Assembly: GCA_963808695.1 (NCBI GenBank)
Contig: CAWEHF010000026.1
Coordinates: forward strand, 14,161 to 78,160
Source: an uncultured Acidobacteriaceae bacterium
Lineage (GTDB): Bacteria > Acidobacteriota > Terriglobia > Terriglobales > Acidobacteriaceae
Direction: 5' to 3'
DNA: 64,000 bases
The translations under genes were made by a program, and so were the position numbers. This document shows positions 44,650 through 54,243 of this stretch, one piece after another. Position 1 is the first letter of the stretch; every line of letters starts with the position of its first letter. The notes below the pieces were generated by a model, which searched no databases, was not told the origin of the DNA, and saw only the letters and a list, made by a program, of their open reading frames with translations.

Positions 44650-47600
44650 ATGAAACTGACAGTGAAAACAAGATTCGCAGCTTTGGCGGCGGTTGTGGTT
44701 TTCCTCGCCGGCCAGTGTGCATGGTCGCAGGCGAATCGCGCCACGATTACCGGTATCGTGACCGACTCGACGGGCGCCTTGGTGCCCGGCGTTGACGTGA
44801 CGGCCGTCAACACCGCCACAAACGTGTCGACAATAACCGTGTCGAATCACGACGGCATTTACGTGGTTCCCAATCTCTTTCCCGGGCCATATTCGGTCAC
44901 CTTCGAGAAAACGGGCTTTGAAACGCTGGTACGGCCCGAGGTGACTTTGCTTTCCACCGAAGTAGCGCGTATTGACGCTGTACTGCAAGTGGGCGCGGCC
45001 TCCGTCAGTGTGACGGTTTCGGGCGGCGCGCCCATTCTGGACATGGACACCGCCTCCGTGGGCACCAACATGAAGTCCGATGAAGTCAACGATTTGTCTC
45101 TGAATATCAATGGAGGGGGCCGCTTCATCGAGCTGTTTGCAGTGGCGGTCACGCCGGGCTATTCGCCGATCAGTGACCCCTATTATGCGGTGGTCAACGG
45201 CGGCCAATATTTCGCCAAGGACTATACCATTGACGGCACATCGGGCACATCCAATATCCGCGGTGACACGGAGGATGGTGGCCCCAGCATGGAAGCCATC
45301 GAGGAGGTCCAGGCGCAGACCAGCGGCTTGGATGCGCAGAGCTCCATTACAGGCGGCGGCGTGATGGCCTTCAACCTGAAGTCGGGGACCAACACCCTGC
45401 ACGGATCGGCATTCCTCTACGGGCATAACGAGTTGTTCGATGCCAACACCTGGACGAACGATAACGAAGATGTCAGGAAGCCCAAGGACAGGACGTGGGA
45501 CTACGGCTTTAGCCTGGGTGGCCCGATCCACAAAAACAAAACCTTCTTTTTCGGAACCTTCGAGAGATACCAGCAGGTTGACTGGCGGCTCAACAGCGGC
45601 GGCGCGACCGTGCCGATTCCGGCAATGCTCACCGGCGACTTCAGCTCAATCCTGGGAGCTCCGCTTTGCGGTTCTGCATATGCCGCTTACCCGTGCGGCC
45701 CAGGAGATCCGCCCCTTATGGTGCAAAACGATGCCGGACAAACGCTGCAGGCGCAGGAGGACATGATTTACGATCCGGCGACGGGCAATCAGTTCACGAA
45801 CAACATGATTCCGACCATCAGTCCAATTGCGCAAAAAGTGAACGCTTTCTATGCCAACTATAAGCCCAACTTGGGTGGAGTCACCAACAACGAACGAACC
45901 CTGCTCACCAATACGCCGAGCCAGACCCCCAATTGGTACGTTGTGAAGCTGGATCACGTTCTACGTGAACAGGACCACCTTTCCGGTTCCTGGATCTACG
46001 ATCACAAATTGCGCACACTGGATGACGGCGGCGGTGTATGGGAGTCAGGCACCACCACGGGGGGCCCGCTTTCGGACGCACGTATCCAGTTTTACCACCA
46101 GCAGGAATACCGCATCAGCGAGTCCCATACCTTCAGCCCCAACCTGCTGAATGTTCTGAACTTCACCAGCGCCTTCGACGACAACGGAAGCACTCCGACT
46201 GACCCCGCTGACTACAACACTCAGGTCGGGTTTGCTAACACCGGCGCCAACAACTTCCCTGTAATCTCCTTCTCCGACAACTATGCGGGGATCAGCGAAA
46301 CCTACCTTGGCAACAGCTGGCAGGGAGACATTGCGGGCTCAATCAGCACCACCAGCGACACGCTTACCTGGAGCAAAGGCCGTCACAATCTGAGTTTCGG
46401 CGGCGACTTTATCGCCCATGACGTCAATTACCGCTCCGGGACCGGCGCGTACAACTTCAACTTCGCCTACCAGAACACCGACGGTCCCGGCTATCCCTAC
46501 GACGGTTTTGCCTTTGCGAGCTATGAGCTGGGCATGGTCCATACGGCAGGCGAGACTGTCGCCTATAACCTCTACGGCAGGCAGAAGAACATCGATCTAT
46601 TTGCCCAGGACAGCTACAAAATCACTCCCAAGCTGACCGTGAACCCGGGTCTGCGTTGGACCTACAACACACGCTTCAAGGAGAAGTACGGCCGCTGGGC
46701 GAATTTCGATCCCACCGTTACCGATCCTCAACTTGCCTCGGTATATGGCGCGGCCTTGCCGGGATCGCTGGTCTTCGCCACCGGAGGAAGCGACAGCTTC
46801 GAGAAGGATGAGTATGCGCTCAATTTCGGGCCTTCGCTGGGTATCGCTTATCAGCTTCTGCCCAACGTGGTGGTGCGCGCCTCCTACGGCCTGATCTTCA
46901 ACCCTGTAGGCATCACCTTCTTCGGTGGCGTTCCCGACAGCTTCGCGCCGCAATTGGGATCGAACTCAGCCACCAATTTCAATTGGGATAATCCCAGCGG
47001 CGGCGGCAATTACCCGGGCGTGGTGACCAAGGCCTCGCTGGCCACCGATCCCTCCACCATGTATCCCTTCCCGGTCGAGGTCGACCCGCACTCGCTGCGT
47101 TTGGGCTACAGCGAGGCATTCAATTTCGGGGTGCAGCAGCAACTGACCCCGAACATGCGCTTCGAGTTGGCTTATGTCGGCAATCGCGGCCACCGGCTCA
47201 CCGATACAGCTCTTGCGTGGAACGAAACCACCTCAGAGAACTACGTGAATCTCGTGCGCAGCAATCCCGGCTTCAACTACTACAGTTGGATGTATTGTCC
47301 GTCGGGGTACGGATCCCTCAGCGGGGTAGCCTGCCCGTATCCGAATTTCTATGGTAATGTTCTGGCGGCGCTGGCGCCTCTGCCGCAGATGGCCGCGGCC
47401 GAGAGCACCTATTGGTACTATCCCAACCTGCTATATGCCGGCATTCCGCTGGGCCAGAGCTTCTACGACTCGTTGGTTGCAGAAGTGGTGAAGCGCGCCG
47501 GCAACCTGACCATGGACATGAGCTACGACTGGTCGCGCCAGGAGGGCGACACCTACACCGCCCAGCAGGACTACAACGGCTGGTATACCGGCGTCGAGGA

Positions 47601-48264
47601 CTTCCAGCATATGCATGGCCCCGCACATGCGCTGACCGGCTACGACGCGCCGCAGGTTGTGAAGGGCTTTATCGGTTACAAACTTCCTTTTGGCGCAGGA
47701 CAGCGGTGGGGCGCTACACAGAGCCCCGCGATTCGCACCGTCATCGGGGGTTGGACAGCTACAACGCTTCTGGACTACTACACTGGCCAGCCATTCCGCG
47801 TGGGAGCGGCGGATCCTCTCTGGCCGCTGTGGGGTAACATTTACCCGCAGTTCAACCTGGCCAACTATAAGGGCCCTAACAAACCCGGACATTATGTGCC
47901 GGTGGGCCCGAGCGGCCAGGTTCCTGACTCGGACTACTATATGCCGGCGAGCGTGGCCAGCAACCCGGCCCCGGGAGTCTTGCCCCTTTCGCCGTACAAC
48001 TCGCGCCTGCGCTGCCCCGGGCAGGCGAACGAGAACACGACGTTCCTGAAGAACGACAAAGTCGGTCCCGACGGAAGGTACAACATTTCCTTTCGCATGG
48101 ACTTCTACAACCTGTTCAACCGGCACTATTACAACATTGAGGGTTGCGGCGGAATCGTTTCTGCCATTGGTTCGGAGTCGAATGGGTACTCCCAGTTCGG
48201 TGAAATTCTCGGCGTAACGGATAATCCGCGTACTGCACAGTTTGCCATCCGGCTCGATTTCTAG
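44650..48264 (+). CDS. TonB-dependent receptor with CarboxypepD_reg N-terminal domain
   Basis: ATG at 44650 after GGAGG. Signal peptide. ATITGIVTDSTGALVPGVDVTAVNTATN...GPYSVTFEKTGFE. C-terminal AIRLDF. Confidence 0.9.
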   Translation: MKLTVKTRFAALAAVVVFLAGQCAWSQANRATITGIVTDSTGALVPGVDVTAVNTATNVSTITVSNHDGIYVVPNLFPGPYSVTFEKTGFETLVRPEVTLLSTEVARIDAVLQVGAASVSVTVSGGAPILDMDTASVGTNMKSDEVNDLSLNINGGGRFIELFAVAVTPGYSPISDPYYAVVNGGQYFAKDYTIDGTSGTSNIRGDTEDGGPSMEAIEEVQAQTSGLDAQSSITGGGVMAFNLKSGTNTLHGSAFLYGHNELFDANTWTNDNEDVRKPKDRTWDYGFSLGGPIHKNKTFFFGTFERYQQVDWRLNSGGATVPIPAMLTGDFSSILGAPLCGSAYAAYPCGPGDPPLMVQNDAGQTLQAQEDMIYDPATGNQFTNNMIPTISPIAQKVNAFYANYKPNLGGVTNNERTLLTNTPSQTPNWYVVKLDHVLREQDHLSGSWIYDHKLRTLDDGGGVWESGTTTGGPLSDARIQFYHQQEYRISESHTFSPNLLNVLNFTSAFDDNGSTPTDPADYNTQVGFANTGANNFPVISFSDNYAGISETYLGNSWQGDIAGSISTTSDTLTWSKGRHNLSFGGDFIAHDVNYRSGTGAYNFNFAYQNTDGPGYPYDGFAFASYELGMVHTAGETVAYNLYGRQKNIDLFAQDSYKITPKLTVNPGLRWTYNTRFKEKYGRWANFDPTVTDPQLASVYGAALPGSLVFATGGSDSFEKDEYALNFGPSLGIAYQLLPNVVVRASYGLIFNPVGITFFGGVPDSFAPQLGSNSATNFNWDNPSGGGNYPGVVTKASLATDPSTMYPFPVEVDPHSLRLGYSEAFNFGVQQQLTPNMRFELAYVGNRGHRLTDTALAWNETTSENYVNLVRSNPGFNYYSWMYCPSGYGSLSGVACPYPNFYGNVLAALAPLPQMAAAESTYWYYPNLLYAGIPLGQSFYDSLVAEVVKRAGNLTMDMSYDWSRQEGDTYTAQQDYNGWYTGVEDFQHMHGPAHALTGYDAPQVVKGFIGYKLPFGAGQRWGATQSPAIRTVIGGWTATTLLDYYTGQPFRVGAADPLWPLWGNIYPQFNLANYKGPNKPGHYVPVGPSGQVPDSDYYMPASVASNPAPGVLPLSPYNSRLRCPGQANENTTFLKNDKVGPDGRYNISFRMDFYNLFNRHYYNIEGCGGIVSAIGSESNGYSQFGEILGVTDNPRTAQFAIRLDF

Positions 48265-48289
48265 GTCGTCTGTATTGTCCAGCTTGCCT

Positions 48290-48323
48290 CGTGATCTCTT
48301 CCGTCCTCGCGGAAGAGATCACG
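48290..48323 (+). terminator. hairpin terminator downstream of the receptor gene
   Basis: CGTGATCTCTTCCG-tcctcg-CGGAAGAGATCACG (14-bp stem) followed by ATATT. Confidence 0.5.
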
Positions 48324-48452
48324 ATATTCCGCCGGCGCCACTTTGCGCGTACAGCGGTTCCACAGTTGTGGTATCCCAAAGCCGCTGCTGCCAAGTGGCA
48401 TTTCCCTTAAGGAAATGCCACACTTCGAGAAATCCGAAAGGGCACGGAAACT

Positions 48453-50360
48453 GTGGAACCGCTCTCGAACGTGAGGCGCGCGGTCTACGATAGTTTGGTG
48501 GTGGAGATTCGTGGCGTGATTCGATTCTTTTCTGGCGTCTGCCGGCGTACGCCGGAGTGTGTTGTTGCCTGTTCCCTCTGCGTTTGCCTGATGAAGGTCG
48601 CGCCTGTGCATGCACAGGCGGCCGCGACCTCGCAGACCTTCCACATCGACTGCTCCGCTGCCGTCAACGGTGACGGCTCCATCCAACATCCCTGGAACAA
48701 TCTTGCCGCTGCCGAGGCCCACGAGTTCGCGCCCGGCGACACCATCGCCATTGCCCGCGCCACAGTCTGCAACGGCGCCTTTGCGCCCAGGGGTTCCGGA
48801 ACCGACGGCCACATCATCCGCCTCACTGCATATGGTGTTGGTCCGCGTCCCAAAATCGTCGCGCCCGCAACCGCCCGCCAGGCGCTGCTGCTCTTCAACC
48901 AGCAATACTGGCAGGTTGATTCGCTCGACATCTCCGGCGGCAACAAATACGGCGTCTTCGTTAGCGGCGACACAGGAACACTTCATCATCTCTATTTGAA
49001 GAACCTCTACGTCCACGACGTCTATGGCGGCGAGCTAAAAAACAAAGACAATGGCCTGGTGATCGTCGACCCCGGCAGCATCAATGTGTTTTTCGACGAC
49101 GTGCTCATCGACGGCGTCGACGCGGCCCACACCAATCAATGGGCCGGCATTCTGGTTGGCGGCGGCGGCTTCCCCTATAAAGACGACTCGCCGCTTAACA
49201 CCAACATCCAGATTCGCAACTCAACCGCTCACGACGTTTACGGCGATGGCATCGTCCTCTTCCGCGACTCGCACAGTTCCATTCGCACCAGCGCGGCCTG
49301 GGAGATAGGCATGCAGCCCACGCAGGACGTGGGCACGCCCGACGCCATCTGGGTGTGGACCTGCAACGACTGCCTGGTGGCCGACAACGAGGCCTATGTC
49401 ACTGACAGCCCTGGCGTCGACGGCGGCGCCTACGACATCGACTGGGACAACCAGCACGACACCATCGAGCGCAACTACGCGCACGACACCCAGGGCTATT
49501 GCATCTCGGTCTTCGGCGCAGGCTACGTCACCAGCTACAGCATTGTGCGCGACAACCTCTGCATCGATAACGGCCTCAGCCCGCGCATGGCCGTGTTGCA
49601 GGGCGCCATCTACCTCAGCACCTGGAACGGCGGCACCATCCGTGGCCTCACCATCAGCGGCAATGAGATTCACTGGAATCCGACTGTACCCGGCGTCGCG
49701 GCCATTGAGGGTCCCGGCGATTCGGGCGGAACGCCAATCGTCTTCACCGGCAACACCGTTGTTTCCACTTCGCCGCTCATCTACCGGATCAGTACTCCGT
49801 GGCAAAGCTCCGGGAATAAGTACGCCGTAGACGGCCAGCCACTATTCTCGATCGGCGAGAAGAAGGACTTGACGCTCGATGCGCTGCAGGCGCAGGGGAT
49901 GGAGTCGGGAAGTACCGCCGCGCAGGCTGGAGAAGAAAAGAACCAGGATTCAATCCGGCTCGAAGCGTGGATAAATCCCGCACTCGATGAAGATGGTCTG
50001 CTCTCAGATGACGCCCGCGCAGAACTCCTCGTCCTGCGGAGCCTTGCCGGCCAGTACAGTCCGAAGCAGTTGAAGTTTACCGTGCATCTGACCGCCGACG
50101 CGAATCAGGCCGGCGAAAACGCGCTGCGTGATCTCAACGATGTGTATCCTGATTCGCTCAACATTGAGCACGGCTCCGCGCCCACGCAAGTCGGCGGGGC
50201 AATCGGCCAAATCCGCCTCGAGTCCGCCGACGGCCGCACGCTGCAAACCTGGCGCGGCTTTCAAAACGCAGCCACGCTCGGCGGCGCCGTCCGCAAACTC
50301 CTCGGGCCACCCGACTATTCCCACATGCAACCTCTCGAACATCACGAGGGCCACCCATGA
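48453..50360 (+). CDS. secreted right-handed parallel beta-helix repeat protein (polysaccharide lyase/hydrolase-like)
   Basis: Signal peptide ending VAPVHAQA. Repeated beta-helix turns (LYLKNLYVHDVYGG, IQIRNSTAHDVYGDGIVL, IERNYAHDTQGYCISVFG). Start uncertain (in-frame GTGs at 48471-48516). Confidence 0.7.
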   Translation: MEPLSNVRRAVYDSLVVEIRGVIRFFSGVCRRTPECVVACSLCVCLMKVAPVHAQAAATSQTFHIDCSAAVNGDGSIQHPWNNLAAAEAHEFAPGDTIAIARATVCNGAFAPRGSGTDGHIIRLTAYGVGPRPKIVAPATARQALLLFNQQYWQVDSLDISGGNKYGVFVSGDTGTLHHLYLKNLYVHDVYGGELKNKDNGLVIVDPGSINVFFDDVLIDGVDAAHTNQWAGILVGGGGFPYKDDSPLNTNIQIRNSTAHDVYGDGIVLFRDSHSSIRTSAAWEIGMQPTQDVGTPDAIWVWTCNDCLVADNEAYVTDSPGVDGGAYDIDWDNQHDTIERNYAHDTQGYCISVFGAGYVTSYSIVRDNLCIDNGLSPRMAVLQGAIYLSTWNGGTIRGLTISGNEIHWNPTVPGVAAIEGPGDSGGTPIVFTGNTVVSTSPLIYRISTPWQSSGNKYAVDGQPLFSIGEKKDLTLDALQAQGMESGSTAAQAGEEKNQDSIRLEAWINPALDEDGLLSDDARAELLVLRSLAGQYSPKQLKFTVHLTADANQAGENALRDLNDVYPDSLNIEHGSAPTQVGGAIGQIRLESADGRTLQTWRGFQNAATLGGAVRKLLGPPDYSHMQPLEHHEGHP

Positions 50361-52171
50361 TCATCGACAACCAGCGATTCCTTCGCGCCGCATCTGTGCG
50401 CGCCATGCTTGCGTGCGCTGCTCTTACCTGCAACTTCGTCGCACCAGTATCGTCCCGGGCACAAACCGAGCCGCCTCCTGCCGAGCTGCAGGCGCCCATC
50501 TCCGTCTACAACAACTGGTCCTCGTACGACGAGCTCTCTGACAATATTCCCCTCACTGAGAAGCTTGCCATGCGCGAGCTCGACGAGTTGTTGCGCCTCA
50601 AGCGGGCGGGCGTGCGCTTCAACTACTACACGATGGATGCCTTCTGGTTCGCGCCCGACGGCGGCTACCGCACCTGGCGCAAGCCCGACTGGCCCAACGG
50701 CCCCGATGCATGGATCAAGAAATGCCAGGAGAACGGCATTAAGCCGGGGTTGTGGTTCGAAACTAACTCGCTGGTCAAGATTCAAGCCGTGCCCGCATGG
50801 AAAGACTCGCTCAACAAAGGCGGCTGGGCCATGTCGCTCTCTGAGGGCGGCTTTCTGCCCGACTTTATTGACGTGCTGCAGTACTGGTACGACCATGGCA
50901 TCCGCATGTTCAAGTTCGACTTTGCCAACATGGATGCCGCCACGCCAGCCGACGATGCGGCCCACCTGAGCAAAGCCGAAATCAAAGAGCGCAACGTGAA
51001 CGCATTCCGCGAAGCTCTTCGCAGGTTTCGCGCCAAGAATCCTGAAGCAGTACTCATCGCCTTCAACGGCTTTGGTGGCTCGTTCGACGACACCTTTTCG
51101 CCGCTGCCCTTCCACGACCCCGCCGATCTGCGCTGGCTCCAGGTCTTCCAGATGCAGTACACCGGCGACCCACGGCCGGGCGACGTTCCCGAAGCCAACT
51201 TCTGGCGCGCAATGGATATCTACAGCGACCACTCGGTGCGCCGCTTTGAGCAGGCCGGCTTCCCGCTCGAACGCATCGACTCCACGGGCTTCATGGTGGG
51301 CAAAACCGGCACCATCTACTATCGCGGCCTGCACGCCTGGAAGGGCGCGTACATATTGATGATGGCACGCGGAGGTTGGGTCAACACCATCCACGGCAAC
51401 CTTGAGCTCATTCAGGGCGCCGACGCATTATGGATGGCGCGCGCGCAAAAGCTCTTCTTCGAATTGCAGGGCCGCGGACGCATTCGCACTTTCGGCGGAA
51501 TCCCCGGCGACGTGCAACCATACGGCTTCGGCGGCGTCACCACGCGCGGCGCGGTCTATGTTGTCATGAATCCCGGGCAAAACGTCTCCACCATCAAGCT
51601 GCCGATGCTCGCGCCCGATCAACCCGCTCTGGGCATTGGCCGCATTCAATTCCGTGACGCCGGCTTCCGGCCGCGCCTCACCGGCAATCAAATCACGCTC
51701 GGTCCCGGCCAGATGGCGATGGTCGGCTTCGGCGCCTACGTCGCGCCGGCGTATGACTTCGGCATCCAGACCGACGTTGTTATCCCCCGCACCATCGAGC
51801 CCGTGGACATTTCGTTTGACCCCTCCGGTACTGGAACCATCGACGCCACCACCGAGCCGCCCTCGCATGGCGTCCTGCGCATCATCATCCAGGAGATGAC
51901 TCCCAACGGCCATTTGCGCCGCACCTGGGCCGGCGAGCCGCCTAGCGGTGAAAACATGGGGAAGGTCTTCGCTCTTTCGGCCACGCAGGCCGGCCGTACC
52001 ATCCCCATCCAAATCGACTACGACAAGATCATCTGGAGCGGTTTGAGCTGGGCCGTCGGCGAGATTGACGTGCGCGACGTCACGCCGGGAGTTCCGCTCA
52101 AAATTCACTTCCACTCGTCTGAAAAAGACCCCATCACGCTTAAAGGCGCGGCTTACCTAGTCGAATATTAG
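50357..52171 (+). CDS. secreted hypothetical protein, TIM-barrel glycosidase-like
   Basis: ATGA overlap with the upstream gene. Signal peptide. YNNWSSYDELSD...YYTMDAFWFAPDGG...GIRMFKFDFANMD. Confidence 0.5.
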   Translation: MIIDNQRFLRAASVRAMLACAALTCNFVAPVSSRAQTEPPPAELQAPISVYNNWSSYDELSDNIPLTEKLAMRELDELLRLKRAGVRFNYYTMDAFWFAPDGGYRTWRKPDWPNGPDAWIKKCQENGIKPGLWFETNSLVKIQAVPAWKDSLNKGGWAMSLSEGGFLPDFIDVLQYWYDHGIRMFKFDFANMDAATPADDAAHLSKAEIKERNVNAFREALRRFRAKNPEAVLIAFNGFGGSFDDTFSPLPFHDPADLRWLQVFQMQYTGDPRPGDVPEANFWRAMDIYSDHSVRRFEQAGFPLERIDSTGFMVGKTGTIYYRGLHAWKGAYILMMARGGWVNTIHGNLELIQGADALWMARAQKLFFELQGRGRIRTFGGIPGDVQPYGFGGVTTRGAVYVVMNPGQNVSTIKLPMLAPDQPALGIGRIQFRDAGFRPRLTGNQITLGPGQMAMVGFGAYVAPAYDFGIQTDVVIPRTIEPVDISFDPSGTGTIDATTEPPSHGVLRIIIQEMTPNGHLRRTWAGEPPSGENMGKVFALSATQAGRTIPIQIDYDKIIWSGLSWAVGEIDVRDVTPGVPLKIHFHSSEKDPITLKGAAYLVEY

Positions 52172-52257
52172 CAGTGAAGTTTTGTGATCAAACACCTAAA
52201 GCTGGGCGCCCTAGGTCTCGATTTTGGGACCTGGGAAACCACGGAGCCAGGAATCGC

Positions 52258-53496
52258 ATGAAGCTCAGTCAGTCGTTATTCATTTCCCTTCTCGTTCTCA
52301 CCGCAACGCTGGCCCTCCCTGCGCAGCAACTGGCGCTCAAAGACGGCGATCGCGTGGCCTTTTACGGCGACAGCATCACCGCTCAGCGCTATTACACGCG
52401 CTATGTTGAGGACTTTCTCCTCACTCGCTATCCCAACCTGCATGTCACCTTCTTCAATGCGGGTATTCCTGGAGATAACGTCAACGGCGGCTACACCGGC
52501 GATGCCGAGCTTCGCCTCAAGCGCGACCTGTTTCCGCACCAGCCGACCGTCGTCACAATCATGCTGGGCATGAACGACGGCTTCTACTCGCCCTTCGAGC
52601 CCAAATACCTCGACATCTACTCAACCGGATATCACAAGCTGCTCGACTCCATTCAGTCGAATCTTTCCGGCGTCCGCATCACGGTCATCTCGCCTACGCC
52701 CTACGACGAGACGACGCACGGCACTGAGTTTCCGCACTACAACGAGACCATGACCCGTTACACCGCGTGGGTTCGCGATCTGGCCGCCACGTCGCATTAC
52801 GTTTACGCCGACTTCAACACGCCGATGAACAGGCTCACTGAGAAGGCAGCAGCGTTAAATCCGTCATTTGCCGAGCTGCTCATCCCCGATCGCATCCATC
52901 CCAGCGAGCCGGCGCAGTGGATTATGGCCGCTGCGCTGGCTCGCGGTTGGGGCTTCTCGCCCGTCGTTGCCGACGTGCATCTCGACGCATCGCAGCCGTC
53001 CGCAATCGCGGCTCAGAATGCTGAAGTCTCCGCACTCGCCTTGAAAGACGGCACGCTGACGTGGACCGAATTGGACGGCTCGCTGCCCCTGCCGCTCGAT
53101 CTCGAAAATGGCCTGGCGCGCTTCGTCCTGAGCGTCTCAGACCTCGCTGAAATGGATCAGGAAATCCTGCGCGTCGATCATCTCACCGCACCGCGCTACA
53201 CGCTCAAAATCGATGGACACACAGTCAGCACTTTCGATCGCGGCCAACTCGAGCAAGGCGTGAATCTCGCGCTCTACTCCACGCCCATGGAAGACCAGGC
53301 ACGCGACATCGATGGAACTGAAAATGAACGCACGGTGATTGATAACGCGCACTTCGTCGTCGCCATTGAAGATCCGAAGGTTCCCGACGAAGCCGGCATG
53401 AACAAGGCCCTTGAAGAGAAAGACGCGCTGCTCTCAGCCGATCAGCACAAGAACGCGCAGCCCAAGCCCCACGCCTTCGAACTCGACCCGCAGTAG
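52258..53496 (+). CDS. SGNH/GDSL-family esterase, secreted
   Basis: ATG at 52258. Signal peptide. FYGDSIT, MLGMNDG, DRIHPS blocks. Confidence 0.85.
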   Translation: MKLSQSLFISLLVLTATLALPAQQLALKDGDRVAFYGDSITAQRYYTRYVEDFLLTRYPNLHVTFFNAGIPGDNVNGGYTGDAELRLKRDLFPHQPTVVTIMLGMNDGFYSPFEPKYLDIYSTGYHKLLDSIQSNLSGVRITVISPTPYDETTHGTEFPHYNETMTRYTAWVRDLAATSHYVYADFNTPMNRLTEKAAALNPSFAELLIPDRIHPSEPAQWIMAAALARGWGFSPVVADVHLDASQPSAIAAQNAEVSALALKDGTLTWTELDGSLPLPLDLENGLARFVLSVSDLAEMDQEILRVDHLTAPRYTLKIDGHTVSTFDRGQLEQGVNLALYSTPMEDQARDIDGTENERTVIDNAHFVVAIEDPKVPDEAGMNKALEEKDALLSADQHKNAQPKPHAFELDPQ

Positions 53497-53520
53497 GGTG
53501 TCAAGCGTCCGGAACCGCAC

Positions 53521-53576
53521 GGAAACTGTATGAATCTGTATGGTTTCTATGCGGAATCTGTACGGAAACTGTATGG
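53521..53576. repeat. five tandem ~11-bp repeats (GGAAWCTGTAY)
   Basis: CTGTA/CTATG cores start at 53526, 53536, 53547, 53558 and 53569 (spacing 10-11 bp). First and last units are identical. Confidence 0.6.
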
Positions 53577-54243
53577 ATTTTAATGCTTCAAGTGGTTGAT
53601 TCTGTTGGATGAGATTCGGGGCTGCACAGTTTCTGCGTGGTTTTCGCAAGAGGCTTTTTTGAGGAGCCTGGAGATGCGGCGCGCCTTGAAGCTTTGGCGA
53701 TGACAGTGCCGGCGATGTTCCTCATGGTCCATAGAGCCGTGGTTCGATCCATTGCAATTCCATTGTGCGCCGGAAGGGCGTAATTGCATGCAAATGGCAG
53801 CGGAGGAATTTGCGCGGGGTGAGGGGCGGGGTGGTAGGGCCACAATGGCTATCGTTGATTGGAACCTGAGCTCAATGAGTGCGTTGCCCTGGGGTCGCTG
53901 GTTGAGATTGGGATGTTTCAGAAAATGCCGAAATCAGGTTAGGGATCTGACGTGGCGGGGGGATCGGGAGCTTTCATCCCCGGTCCCCAAAAGCGAGGGA
54001 TCGCCACCCCAACGAATACAAATCATTCGTTGGGGACCCCGCACCGGGGGCACCCTCGTTGTGGTTTAGAAACGGATGAGGGACCGGGGCCACCCGCCAA
54101 TGGTTCAGGCGGGGGCCGTATGGCGCACGACCGGGTCTTTGGCGTTGGAACCAATGCAAAAAGATCGCGATCGGAGGCAAACGGGGGTATATTGGTTCGC
54201 AGCCAAAAGGCAAAACGGAAATTCCAGCTTGAGGAGACGCGTC

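Noticed and set aside
44551-45531. Long antisense ORFs overlapping well-supported genes. Examples: 44551..45531, 50342..51394, 32309..33622, 29927..31231, 3567..4541, 24266..25189, 39812..40795, 47431..48126.
   Set aside because: These are typical shadow ORFs of high-GC DNA. The translations are Arg/Gly/Pro/Ala-rich with no motifs, and the opposite strand carries genes with clear catalytic signatures.
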